35,375 nt of DNA. Origin: Nitrosomonadaceae bacterium (GTDB lineage Bacteria; Pseudomonadota; Gammaproteobacteria; Burkholderiales; Nitrosomonadaceae). The translations under genes were made by a program, and so were the position numbers. The stretch lies in NCBI GenBank assembly GCA_024644425.1, contig JAHELA010000001.1, positions 1 through 35,375 of the forward strand, read 5' to 3'. This document shows positions 1 through 9,287 of the stretch, piece after piece (position 1 is the stretch's first letter; each line of letters opens with the position of its first letter). The notes below the pieces were generated by a model that saw only the letters and a program-made list of their open reading frames with translations, was not told where the DNA came from and searched no databases.

Positions 1-58
1 TAATTACACAATTTAAAAATGCACCACCAACATATAAATTATAAGTATTTGAATTTAT

Positions 59-134
<76 letters not shown>

Positions 135-595
135 TTTTGCGAAATTTTCGCATCCTTGTATACACAATATTGCTTAGTTTATTAGCAGGAACAAACATTT
201 TCCCCGTACAATTTTAGCACAGCGTAAAATACATGGGAACATAAGGCTAGGCGTTTAAATCATTTACAATTTTTGTAGCGTATTTTCACTTACTTTTATT
301 TCTCATATATATCATATATAAATAGTAAACATCATCATTTGAAGAACTGAAAAAAGTAATGTATTGGTACTCAGCTAATAATATTTATGAATAGAATTAC
401 TTCTTCTTAACTCAGTTTTAAAAGTCGGTCCTAGTTCATTTTATAAAGAAAGAGGTCTTTTACCTTTGTATTTAAAAATTTGATTTCAGCAGTAAAAAAA
501 AGCAAGAGATTCAAAAAAAAGTTATTACATTTCAGGCTGTTATTCGATGATTGAGGTAGCTCTTTGTTTATAAAGACACTATAAATATGTTAAAA

Positions 596-1054
596 TTATT
601 TAAACGAATTGGTTCGGCTCTTTAGCATTGTTTTAATGGCATTTTTTAGTGGTGATGCAGGTAAATTTGTAGCAAATTTACTTAAGCTTTTTATGCCATT
701 TTGACCTATTTCCGGCTTTTTATGGCTTGATTTTTCCCCTCCGTAGGTGTAGTAATTTGCTTGCACAGTAATTTGAATTGCAGTAATCTCGACATAGCCC
801 TTTTTCTGAAAATTTAATAGTAAAGAGGGTAGGGTTTGTTTCAGTTTAGCCGCGATTGCTCCGTTGCTTACTAATATTGTCAACTTTCCATCTGATAATC
901 GACCTAGAGAGCAAGGCTGTGCTAATTGGGGCGGGATTATCTCCATAAATGCTTGCTGCATTTGTGTGAGCCGTTCAATATAGGCGCACATCTTTTGATG
1001 TTCAGGCGCATCCTTGAGGGAGCTAAGGTAGACATTGATTTTATGAATTGTCAT
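596..1054 (-). CDS. dciA: DUF721 / DciA-like protein (putative replicative-helicase loader). The start is uncertain; the ORF extends to 1108.
   Basis: The core ...IIPPQLAQPCSLGRLSDGKLTILVSNGAIAAKLKQTLPSLLLNFQKKGYVEITAIQITVQ... fits the DUF721 pattern as I recall it. The gene sits divergent from the M23 peptidase-secA pair, as in many proteobacteria. None of the candidate ATGs (1108, 1084, 1054) has a Shine-Dalgarno sequence. The 152-aa form matches the usual family size. Confidence 0.65.
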   Translation of the reverse strand: MTIHKINVYLSSLKDAPEHQKMCAYIERLTQMQQAFMEIIPPQLAQPCSLGRLSDGKLTILVSNGAIAAKLKQTLPSLLLNFQKKGYVEITAIQITVQANYYTYGGEKSSHKKPEIGQNGIKSLSKFATNLPASPLKNAIKTMLKSRTNSFK

Positions 1055-1164
1055 ATTTCTAATAGGTATATTGTAATTTCTCATACAGAATACCATGCTC
1101 AATAACATTTTTTTGTGTAAAATGTTATACGCTACATGTTGTATACGAGAGTTAGGAGAAATAT

Positions 1165-2082
1165 ATGAATATTATTCTAGTTTCTAGCCACCTGGAAAAG
1201 GCAAAAGCATTGACCTTTACTAGAAGGCAACTCGTACTGTTGTTAGGAGCGGTATTTTTTGTTGTTGTGTTAATGGTTATGGGGCTTAACTACCTCTCGT
1301 TAAAATATGTGGACAAGATTGATAGCCCTTCACTGAGATCATTTGTAATGAGTGTGCTGAATGAAGAGTATAAGAAGAATCAGCAGTATATGCGCGATAA
1401 TCTAGACGCTATGGCAATTAAAATGGGCCAGATGCAAGCGCAGTTACTAAGGATAGATTCAGTTGGCGAAAGGCTAGCAGAATTATCTGGCATTGAACCT
1501 CAGGAGTTTTTGTTTAATCAGACGCCAGGTCAAGGGGGTGCGTTATCTAACATGGCGCCTCAAGATATTTCTTTTAGTGAGTTTGATAATAAAGTACAAG
1601 ATTTGTCGCGCATATTAGATGACCGTATGAGTAAGCTAGAAACATTAGACACTATGATGAGGCAAGATAGGCTTGAGAAAAAAATGTTGCCTTCAACTAT
1701 GCCGGTGGACGTGCAGTGGTATTCATCTAGTTTTGGCGCACGAATTGATCCTTTTACAGGAAAAAAAGCTTATCATGAAGGGGTTGATTTTGTAGCTGAA
1801 GCAGGGGCACCTATCATAGCTGCTGCAGGTGGTGTAGTTGTTTACTCTGCTCTACATCCTGAATATGGTAATATGATAGCAGTTGATCATGGTAATGATC
1901 TGGTCAGCCGCTACGCACATGCTTCTAAGCGCTTGGTTAAGGTGGGTCAGGTGGTGCAACAGGGAGAAAAGATTGCAGAAGTGGGAAACACGGGCCGATC
2001 TACTGGGCCACATTTACATTTTGAAGTCAGACATAAGGGCCTACCAAAAAATCCATCTCGATTTCTAAAGAAATCTGATTGA
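1165..2082 (+). CDS. M23 family (LytM-type) metallopeptidase with an N-terminal membrane anchor and a coiled-coil region
   Basis: A Shine-Dalgarno AGGAG lies 6 nt upstream of the ATG. The protein has a TM segment LVLLLGAVFFVVVLMVMGL. The zinc-ligand motifs are intact: HEGVDF (HxxxD) and HLHFEV (HxH), with GNTGRSTGPHLH. Confidence 0.9.
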   Translation: MNIILVSSHLEKAKALTFTRRQLVLLLGAVFFVVVLMVMGLNYLSLKYVDKIDSPSLRSFVMSVLNEEYKKNQQYMRDNLDAMAIKMGQMQAQLLRIDSVGERLAELSGIEPQEFLFNQTPGQGGALSNMAPQDISFSEFDNKVQDLSRILDDRMSKLETLDTMMRQDRLEKKMLPSTMPVDVQWYSSSFGARIDPFTGKKAYHEGVDFVAEAGAPIIAAAGGVVVYSALHPEYGNMIAVDHGNDLVSRYAHASKRLVKVGQVVQQGEKIAEVGNTGRSTGPHLHFEVRHKGLPKNPSRFLKKSD

Positions 2083-2106
2083 ATCGGATCATGAACTAGT
2101 TGTGGC

Positions 2107-2141
2107 GGGGTGAGGCCAAAAGCCTCACCCCTTATTTTTTT
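2107..2141 (+). terminator. Rho-independent terminator after the M23 peptidase gene
   Basis: Stem GGGGTGAGGC (2107-2116), loop CAAAA, perfect 10-bp complement GCCTCACCCC (2122-2131), followed by TTATTTTTTT. Confidence 0.8.
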
Positions 2142-2179
2142 AACAACTAATTATTAAGTAAAATTTCTTTTAATATTTC

Positions 2180-4909
2180 ATGCTAAATACACTTCTCAAG
2201 AAAGTCTTTGGCAGCCGTAATGATAGGTTGATAAAGCAATACTTCCAGGTTGTTGGCACAATCAACGCATTGGAACAAACATTTGAAGCGCTTACGGATG
2301 CCGAACTGCGCGCAAAGACAGATGAATTCAAACAACGTGTGAAAGATGGGGAGACACTTGAAGCATTATTGCCAGAAGCATTTGCAGTAGTCCGTGAAGT
2401 AAGTAAGCGAGTTTTGGGAATGCGTCATTTTGGGGTGCAATTAATTGGTGGCATGGTGCTACACAATGGAAAGATTGCAGAAATGCGTACGGGTGAGGGG
2501 AAAACATTAACTGCAACTTTGCCTTCGTATCTTAATGCCTTAGCTGGAAATGGTATTCATTTGGTTACGGTAAACGACTATCTAGCTAAGCGTGACTCCG
2601 AATGGATGGGGCGAATATATCAATTCTTAGGTATCAGTGTGGGAGTGGTTCTTTCGAGCATGGATCACGGAGAGAAGCAAGCTGCTTATTCTGCTGATAT
2701 TACGTATGGAACTAATAACGAGTTTGGCTTTGACTACCTTCGCGATAATATGGTGAATGATCCTGCTGAGAAAGTACAGCGAGTTCTCAACTATGCCATT
2801 GTCGACGAGGTAGATTCTATTCTGATTGATGAAGCACGTACTCCACTAATTATTTCGGGCCAAGCTGAAGGTAACACTGAAGTTTACATTAGTATGGATA
2901 AGTTAATTCCAAAGCTTGTTCGTCAGGAAAAAGAAGATGGTCCCGGTGATTTCAGTGTGGACGAGAAATCTCAGCAGGTTTTGCTAAGTGAAGCAGGTTT
3001 TGAAAACGCAGAAAAATTACTCGCGCAATCAGGTTTATTAACAGCAGGAGCCAGTCTCTATGATCCTGCAAATATTAATCTTGTCCATCATCTTTATGCT
3101 GCACTACGTGCCCATTCATTGTTTCATCTTGATCAGCATTATGTAGTGCAGGACGGTGAGATAGTGATCGTAGATGAGTTTACTGGACGGCTAATGTCTG
3201 GTAGGCGTTGGTCAGAAGGACTGCATCAAGCGGTGGAGGCCAAGGAAAATGTTCCAATCCAGAAAGAGAACCAGACACTTGCTTCGATTACTTTCCAGAA
3301 TTATTTTCGAATGTATAAAAAACTAGCTGGCATGACAGGTACAGCAGATACTGAAGCTTATGAGTTCCAACAGATATATGGGTTGGAAACAGTAATTATT
3401 CCAACTGATCGTCCCATGATTCGGGATGATCGTATGGATCAGGTGTTCCGTACTATGGACGAAAAAAACAACGCGATTATTGAAGGGATCAAAGATTGTC
3501 ATGAGCGCGGACAGCCGGTTCTGGTCGGAACTACTTCAATTGAAAACAATGAATTATTATCTGGCTTACTAAAGAACAGCAAACTTCCTCATCAGCTACT
3601 TAATGCTAAGCAGCATGCAAGTGAAGCAGAAATTGTTGCTCAAGCTGGGCGTCCAAAGATGATTACCATAGCAACAAATATGGCAGGACGAGGCACCGAT
3701 ATAGTCTTAGGCGGTAATATTGAGCCAGAGATAGAGCGTATTAACGCAGATGAGAATATCAATTCTGTTGTAAAAGAAGAGCGAATTACCAAATTGCGTG
3801 AGGCTTGGAAATTTCTTCATGAAGAGGTGTTGAATCAAGGAGGTTTACACATTATAGGTACTGAGCGACATGAGTCTCGTCGAGTGGATAACCAGTTACG
3901 CGGGCGCTCTGGGCGCCAGGGTGATCCAGGTTCAAGTCGTTTTTATCTTTCACTTGAAGATCCACTTTTACGTATCTTTGCTTCTGATCGCGTGGCTAAT
4001 ATTATGCAGCGGCTTAATATGCCAGAGGGAGAGGCTATTGAACATCCTTGGGTCACCCGAGCAATTGAGAATGCACAACGTAAAGTAGAAGCTCGTAATT
4101 TTGATATACGAAAGCAGTTGCTTGAGTACGATGATGTTTCCAATGATCAACGAAAAGTAATTTATCAGCAACGAAATGAATTGCTTGAGTCCCATGACAT
4201 TTCTGAAACTATTACAGCAATGCGTGAAGATGTGTTGGGTAGTATTGTAGAGACCCATATGCCACCAGATAGTATTGAAGAGCAATGGGATATTCCAGGG
4301 CTAGAAAAGATTCTAGCATCAGAATATCAACTGCAGTTACCAATACAGGCATGGTTAGAAGAGGAATCTGAGTTACATGAAGACAAAGTGAGCCAACGTG
4401 TGATTGATATATCAAATCAACATTATCAAGAAAAAGTAGATAAAGTTGGTAATGATATTATGAGTCAGTATGAAAGAGCAGTGATGCTACAGAGTCTCGA
4501 TACTCATTGGCGTGAGCACTTAGCAGCTTTGGATCACTTGCGTCAGGGTATTCATCTGCGGGGGTATGCTGCAAAGAATCCTAAACAGGAGTATAAGCGT
4601 GAGGCTTTTGACCTATTTGCTGCTATGCTAGAAGAGATCAAGTCAGAAATTACAAAGATACTTATGATGGTGCAGATCAGAAGCGAGCAGCAAGTAGAAG
4701 CAGTTTCTGAAGTACCGCGATCATCAATGAACATGCAGTATCATCACGCGTCCTATGAAAAGGCGTTAGGTGAAGAAGAAGGTAATAATAAGGATAGCCA
4801 AGAAACGCGTCAGCCGTTTGTACGCCAAGGCGGGAAAGTTGGACGCAATGATCCATGTCCATGCGGTTCTGGTAAGAAATATAAGCAGTGTCATGGAAAA
4901 CTGAGTTAA
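2180..4909 (+). CDS. secA: Preprotein translocase ATPase SecA
   Basis: 909 aa. The N-terminus [16 protein letters not shown] is canonical. It has Walker A MRTGEGKT, a DEAD-like [28 protein letters not shown] and the C-terminal zinc-binding tail [14 protein letters not shown]. Confidence 0.98.
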   Translation: MLNTLLKKVFGSRNDRLIKQYFQVVGTINALEQTFEALTDAELRAKTDEFKQRVKDGETLEALLPEAFAVVREVSKRVLGMRHFGVQLIGGMVLHNGKIAEMRTGEGKTLTATLPSYLNALAGNGIHLVTVNDYLAKRDSEWMGRIYQFLGISVGVVLSSMDHGEKQAAYSADITYGTNNEFGFDYLRDNMVNDPAEKVQRVLNYAIVDEVDSILIDEARTPLIISGQAEGNTEVYISMDKLIPKLVRQEKEDGPGDFSVDEKSQQVLLSEAGFENAEKLLAQSGLLTAGASLYDPANINLVHHLYAALRAHSLFHLDQHYVVQDGEIVIVDEFTGRLMSGRRWSEGLHQAVEAKENVPIQKENQTLASITFQNYFRMYKKLAGMTGTADTEAYEFQQIYGLETVIIPTDRPMIRDDRMDQVFRTMDEKNNAIIEGIKDCHERGQPVLVGTTSIENNELLSGLLKNSKLPHQLLNAKQHASEAEIVAQAGRPKMITIATNMAGRGTDIVLGGNIEPEIERINADENINSVVKEERITKLREAWKFLHEEVLNQGGLHIIGTERHESRRVDNQLRGRSGRQGDPGSSRFYLSLEDPLLRIFASDRVANIMQRLNMPEGEAIEHPWVTRAIENAQRKVEARNFDIRKQLLEYDDVSNDQRKVIYQQRNELLESHDISETITAMREDVLGSIVETHMPPDSIEEQWDIPGLEKILASEYQLQLPIQAWLEEESELHEDKVSQRVIDISNQHYQEKVDKVGNDIMSQYERAVMLQSLDTHWREHLAALDHLRQGIHLRGYAAKNPKQEYKREAFDLFAAMLEEIKSEITKILMMVQIRSEQQVEAVSEVPRSSMNMQYHHASYEKALGEEEGNNKDSQETRQPFVRQGGKVGRNDPCPCGSGKKYKQCHGKLS

Positions 4910-4962
4910 TTATCTTAGGCTTCAATAGGGATAACACTTTATTCTTCTCTCTATCTTGACAT

Positions 4963-4999
4963 AAAAAAAGAGCCCTGCAGAATTCTGCAGGGCTCTTTT
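4963..4999. terminator. Bidirectional rho-independent terminator between convergent secA and the vWA-OmpA gene
   Basis: AAAAAAAGAGCCCTGCAG-AATT-CTGCAGGGCTCTTTT. The GC-rich stem is perfect (4970-4980 / 4985-4995). It is flanked by an A-run on the left and a T-run on the right, so it can terminate both strands. Confidence 0.8.
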
Positions 5000-5012
5000 A
5001 ATCTTTCCCTGG

Positions 5013-6164
5013 CTATTGTTTTACGCCAGCAATTTCGATCTCAACGCGACGATCGGGTTGAAGACAGGCGATTAATTTTTTAGTCGACATGCCTTTTCCA
5101 ATACACGTTGTTCCAGTAACTGGATTGGCTTCGCCTTTTCCATCAACAAAAACGTTGCTAGCATCAACACCTTTATTCGCCACTAGGTAGCTTTTAACTG
5201 AATTAGCGCGGCGTACAGAGAGCCGTTTGTTGTAATCTTCAGAGCCAATACGGTCAGTGTACCCAACAGCAACAATTACATCGTATTTTACTTTTCCTAA
5301 TTTGGCCATCAGGTCATCCAATGATTGTTTGCCTTCAGGTTTCAATTTAGCACTGTCAAAATCAAACAACGCATCAGCAGAAAAAGTAATTTTATCGGGT
5401 GAAGTATCAGGTGCTGCAGCAGGAGCAGCTGCTATTGGTCCGAGTAGGGTTTTTACCACATAGCTAGCCATGGCTTTGGGTGAAGAAATATCCATAGCGT
5501 TAGTTGCAAAACCACAGCCTCCGATCTTGGCAAGTTCTTCCATAAATTCTGAGCTACCTGGTTCGTTGCTAACCGTAATGGGATAAATACATACCCTATC
5601 ACCAAGTTGGCCTTTTAATTTTTTAGCAGCAGCAATGGCATCAGCCCTTTCGCCTGAGCCACCAGCATTACTCATGTCTGCAATACCATCACTGACGATG
5701 AATACCGCTATTTGACCGAGCCCAAGCCCTGTCAGAAGCTTGCTGTTAGTGGTATCGATACCTGCGCCCATTGGAGTAGGGCCGCCTGCGCCTGTCAGTT
5801 TAGCTATGCCGCCCGCTAGGCCATCGCGGCTATATGGCGCTAACCCATAGAGCACTGAAGCCGTACCAACGCCATTTCCAAAAGCTGTGAGGCCAGAGTT
5901 AAAGTCTAGCTGAGGAATCGTCTGATTCATGTTTGATAGCGTCTTTTTCGCCATATCGAGCTTAGAATGCCCCATGTCCATGTGTTTGCGACCCATTGAT
6001 GACGAAGCATCCTGAATAATCACAAAGGTGTCAGCTTTCTTACCATACATTGCAGTGCTTAGCTGCACTGCATTAAAGCTCTCACCAGATGGCGCGGTCG
6101 TTGCACAACCTACTATTAATGTAGCCGACGCGGCTAAAATAATTGCCCTAATAATTTTTTTCAT
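5013..6164 (-). CDS. Outer-membrane lipoprotein with an N-terminal von Willebrand factor A domain and a C-terminal OmpA-like peptidoglycan-binding domain
   Basis: Lipoprotein signal MKKIIRAIILAASATLIVG|C (lipobox IVGC, +2 Ala). vWA MIDAS motif DASSSMG (DxSxS) plus VFIVSDG. An Ala/Pro linker PIAAAPAAAPDTSPD. OmpA_C signature GYTDRIGSEDYNKRLSVRRANSVKSYL and C-terminal CLQPDRRVEIEI. A Shine-Dalgarno AGGGA lies upstream of the ATG. Confidence 0.85.
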   Translation of the reverse strand: MKKIIRAIILAASATLIVGCATTAPSGESFNAVQLSTAMYGKKADTFVIIQDASSSMGRKHMDMGHSKLDMAKKTLSNMNQTIPQLDFNSGLTAFGNGVGTASVLYGLAPYSRDGLAGGIAKLTGAGGPTPMGAGIDTTNSKLLTGLGLGQIAVFIVSDGIADMSNAGGSGERADAIAAAKKLKGQLGDRVCIYPITVSNEPGSSEFMEELAKIGGCGFATNAMDISSPKAMASYVVKTLLGPIAAAPAAAPDTSPDKITFSADALFDFDSAKLKPEGKQSLDDLMAKLGKVKYDVIVAVGYTDRIGSEDYNKRLSVRRANSVKSYLVANKGVDASNVFVDGKGEANPVTGTTCIGKGMSTKKLIACLQPDRRVEIEIAGVKQ

Positions 6165-6179
6165 TTCAGTTCCCTATTC

Positions 6180-6216
6180 AGATAGAAGTTTATCTTCCTA
6201 GATAGAAGTTTATCTT
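6180..6216. promoter_or_regulatory. Two tandem copies (20-bp period) of a palindromic operator-like site AGATAgaagttTATCT in the leader of the vWA-OmpA gene
   Basis: AGATAGAAGTTTATCTT occurs at 6180-6196 and again, perfectly, at 6200-6216, 16-52 bp upstream of the ATG at 6164. Each unit carries 5-bp inverted arms AGATA/TATCT separated by 6 bp. The repeat is seen directly; a regulatory function is inference. Confidence 0.45.
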
Positions 6217-6550
6217 TCATATCTAGCAGCAGAAAAACAAGCGGTCATTTCACTTAAGTCAAGCTACAGTAATCTCTACTCAGAAATCCCCCTTATAATT
6301 TATATTACTAGATATCACTCTGATCATCAAGTGATATTTATAAGGTTAGTAGTGATCGGAAGTGATGTTATTGGACGGACTCGAAGGATTTCTGCGCTGA
6401 TTTTTTCAGCAGGTTATTCTGATTTCACATGCGTTATTTATTTTGAATAGTCTTATGGGTCTTATGGATACTAGATACACAGCAGAAAAGAGTGGCGTAT
6501 TTATTTTCAGAATCAGTTTTGGGCTTAACTAGTTGTAGTGATATTCATAT

Positions 6551-6573
6551 CTATCAATGTAAAACATTGATAG
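6551..6573. repeat. Perfect 23-bp palindrome CTATCAATGT-AAA-ACATTGATAG downstream of the transglutaminase-like gene
   Basis: The 10-bp arms at 6551-6560 and 6564-6573 are exact reverse complements. There is no adjacent U-tract on either strand, so this is not a canonical intrinsic terminator. It lies 40 bp past the stop codon at 6613. Confidence 0.5.
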
Positions 6574-6612
6574 GAAAAACATACTTATAAAGCCACGGGG
6601 TTTCGATATTTA

Positions 6613-7719
6613 CTAAAGTTTAGCTCCCGTCCCGACCAATTTTGCCGACATAATTCTGTAAGAAAATTCTGCTGGCGATAAGCTATCCTGTTGTTTTCCG
6701 CTAATTTCAGCGTGGGGATACATGAAAAAAGGCAGCCTGCCAATAGCGCTGTTTTTTGCTATTTTGATGCCATCGACATGATTAAACGCTACCCAATTCA
6801 TTTCCCATGCGCCGAAGAGCTTCTCTCTCAGCGAGATTACCTTAGGGTGGCTGTGTGTCAATTTTTCATCTAGCAATAGCTGGTGAACGTCTGCAGGATC
6901 AACCGGTACCCAGCCTAATCCAGCAAGATAGAATTCTGCACGGCAATGCTGTGCAGTACTGAGGTTGCCAAATTTACCTAGACATTTATGGATCATTGAT
7001 TCATCTATACGGATCCCATACTGATTTCTTGCCGGAATTCCTACAGCGCGCGCTAAACCCACAAATAGTGTATTCAGATCAGCTGACTTACCACCCAGTC
7101 TATTTTTTTCTAACATAGATTTGATGTCGCCGCGTCCGCAGCCACGTGTTACCTGATCGCGATAAGCGTTATCAACCACCCAGTTGTAAATGGCGTGAGC
7201 CTTTTCTATAGGAGTTCGGGCATTGGCATTTTTGGTGATAGATAAAGCAGTCATACGTACAATACCGTTTAATGGAACATACCTTGTGGGTTGGAGGAAG
7301 CGTTTAATACTTGCTGGGATTATGCTTTTTCTCTTTTCAGAGTAATTGTGCAAATCTACAGAGCGGTTTCTGGTTTTGACTACGCTACTTACTGTCACAC
7401 TACGTGGGCCACTACCATGCCACTCCGCGTAGAATACGGGGAAAGCTGTATTTGGAATGGTTTGGAATCTAGCTTTTTTCGCATTTCCACTCCACACGCT
7501 GCCTTGAGTAAACTGGTGAGGCGTATCAGCTGTGTCTGGTAATGGTAGCCATAGAAGCGCTCTATTGTCTTTTGCTGGAAGGTTGATTTTGTAAGTTAGG
7601 CGGTAGCTTTTCCAGTTTGAAAGGTTTGAAAGATTGGCTTGTTTGCTAAAAACTGATGGTGCAACCGGAATTAAAGCGGCGCTTGCTCCTGCCAGTTTTA
7701 TAAAATCTCTGCGTTGCAT
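6613..7719 (-). CDS. Tat-exported transglutaminase-like superfamily protein with Ser at the nucleophile position
   Basis: Twin-arginine signal MQRRDFIKLAGASAALIP. The transglutaminase-core block GKSADLNTLFVGLARAVGIPAR aligns to the family motif G-x-C-x(11)-R-x-x-G-I-P-A-R. It is followed by QHCRAEFYLAGLGWVPVDPAD, which holds the conserved His and Asp. A Shine-Dalgarno AGGAG lies upstream. Confidence 0.8.
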   Translation of the reverse strand: MQRRDFIKLAGASAALIPVAPSVFSKQANLSNLSNWKSYRLTYKINLPAKDNRALLWLPLPDTADTPHQFTQGSVWSGNAKKARFQTIPNTAFPVFYAEWHGSGPRSVTVSSVVKTRNRSVDLHNYSEKRKSIIPASIKRFLQPTRYVPLNGIVRMTALSITKNANARTPIEKAHAIYNWVVDNAYRDQVTRGCGRGDIKSMLEKNRLGGKSADLNTLFVGLARAVGIPARNQYGIRIDESMIHKCLGKFGNLSTAQHCRAEFYLAGLGWVPVDPADVHQLLLDEKLTHSHPKVISLREKLFGAWEMNWVAFNHVDGIKIAKNSAIGRLPFFMYPHAEISGKQQDSLSPAEFSYRIMSAKLVGTGAKL

Positions 7720-8013
7720 AATCTTCTCCTGTCAGTAAAACTTAATCTATAAAGTAGAAGTATGAATCCATTCCCACATAACTCATAAGTATGAATCTAA
7801 CCCTGACTAGAGATTATGTCAATTCTTGCTCATTAGTTATAATAAAAAGCGTTACTGAAAGGCCCTTATTTTAAAGATCAACATTGCTATAAATGGAGTG
7901 TAAGATATAAGTGTATAATTTTTATTATTTTTCTAAAACCACTTAAATCTTTGTAAGAGGGATGATTCGGTAGAAATTTGTTTAAAAAGTTTGTATAACT
8001 ACAAAAATTGATA

Positions 8014-9168
8014 TTATTTCATTACTGGCGGTAACATCTTAGTAAGTAAGGTTTTTTCCTTAGTTGCCTCACCTAACAGCGCATAACCAAGTAGATCGTT
8101 TTCCTTGTTTTGGAATAGTCCTTTAAGGCTATCTTGAGTTTCCTTCAAATGCCATTCACCAGTTGCGCTGGAGTTAGGGGGTGCAACTACAGTAGGACAT
8201 GCTGGAGTTTTTACCAACACTGGCATGGCTGGGTAGTGTGCTTGAGTTAGATTGTTTGCTAGAGTTGATGCAAGTGCGCGTGCTGCGTGCATGATCGGCA
8301 TTACAAATGGCAAAACCTTACCATTAACCTCAGCGCAGTCCCCTAAAGCGTAAACGTCCTCAGAGCTAGTTTGAAGTACTTGGTTTACTGAAATACCACG
8401 ATTTACCTTGATACCTGTTGCTTTTGCAAGACTTATGCTTGGAGCTAGTCCTACTGCTGACAATAAAATATCTACTTCTATGGTTTGTCCGTTAGAAAAA
8501 GCTAATTGTAATTTTTCTCCTAATTTCTCAACTCGTCGAGTGGTTGTATTCATGTGAAAAATTACGCCAGCAGCTTCTAGCTTTTGTTGTAGAAAAAAAC
8601 CACCCGCTTGTGGTAGCAGTCTACCCAATGGATGTGAGCTAATGTCAATCACGTGAACATGGTAACCGGCTACAGCAAGATCATTGGCAAATTCACAACC
8701 AATTAAACCGGCCCCTAAAATAGCTATTTCCTTCTTTTTTATTAGGGCGCCACGGAAGTGATGGTAATCATCTAGATTATTTACATAAAGTATTTCTTTT
8801 GTTCCATCTCCATCAAGAGGAAGACGGATCTGGTTTGCACCTAGAGCTAGAACCAGTTTATCGTAGTCTAGTTTTTCGCCATCTTGTAATTCTAGAGTCC
8901 TGCTCGAAGAATCGATAGATGTTACTCGACTATGAGGACGAATCGTTGCTTTTATCTTAACGGCCATTTCTTTTGCGCTGTTAATCAGGAGTGACGCAGG
9001 CGTGTTGCCTGTAGCAAAGGCATTCGACAGCATTGGCTTGGAGTAAAAACCACCATGATCTGCAGAAAGAATTAATACAGGTGTTTCCATATCAAATTTT
9101 CGAAACTCTCGAGCCACAGTGTAGCCTGCAAGCCCGCTACCGATAATAACTATAGGCTTTTGACTCAT
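8014..9168 (-). CDS. rubB: Rubredoxin-NAD(+) reductase-like FAD-dependent pyridine nucleotide-disulfide oxidoreductase
   Basis: 384 aa. FAD GxGxxG IVIIGSGLAGY and NAD GxGxxG ILGAGLIGCEFANDL are present, along with YALGDCAEV and VKTPACPTVVAPP. From memory, these blocks and the length match Pseudomonas RubB. Confidence 0.85.
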   Translation of the reverse strand: MSQKPIVIIGSGLAGYTVAREFRKFDMETPVLILSADHGGFYSKPMLSNAFATGNTPASLLINSAKEMAVKIKATIRPHSRVTSIDSSSRTLELQDGEKLDYDKLVLALGANQIRLPLDGDGTKEILYVNNLDDYHHFRGALIKKKEIAILGAGLIGCEFANDLAVAGYHVHVIDISSHPLGRLLPQAGGFFLQQKLEAAGVIFHMNTTTRRVEKLGEKLQLAFSNGQTIEVDILLSAVGLAPSISLAKATGIKVNRGISVNQVLQTSSEDVYALGDCAEVNGKVLPFVMPIMHAARALASTLANNLTQAHYPAMPVLVKTPACPTVVAPPNSSATGEWHLKETQDSLKGLFQNKENDLLGYALLGEATKEKTLLTKMLPPVMK

Positions 9169-9287
9169 TTATTCAAAATCATTTGAATGTGACGTTGGTC
9201 TAATTTTTTGTATGGTCATGACAAGGGGCTATTTACAAGGTCTACTCAGTAATCATTTTTGAATACAAAAGTATCTAAGTTACATGA

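Noticed and set aside
135-595. A 460-bp AT-rich spacer between tRNA-Phe and the dciA-like gene, scanned for small RNAs, small ORFs and repeats.
   Set aside because: It contains only trivial ORFs of 12 codons or fewer and a 4-bp GCGA/TCGC micro-hairpin next to the tRNA 5' end. I could see no convincing promoter-terminator pair or structured element by eye. A covariance-model scan would be needed.
6161-6220. A 19-codon upstream ORF (MKDKLLSRKINFYLNRELK) on the minus strand. It spans the tandem repeat and its TGA overlaps the ATG of the vWA-OmpA gene (ATGA).
   Set aside because: No Shine-Dalgarno sequence precedes its ATG, and the peptide has no distinctive feature. The 20-bp repeat period is not a multiple of 3, so the repeat is a DNA or RNA-level signal rather than a coding one. 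It is kept only as a remote leader-peptide possibility.
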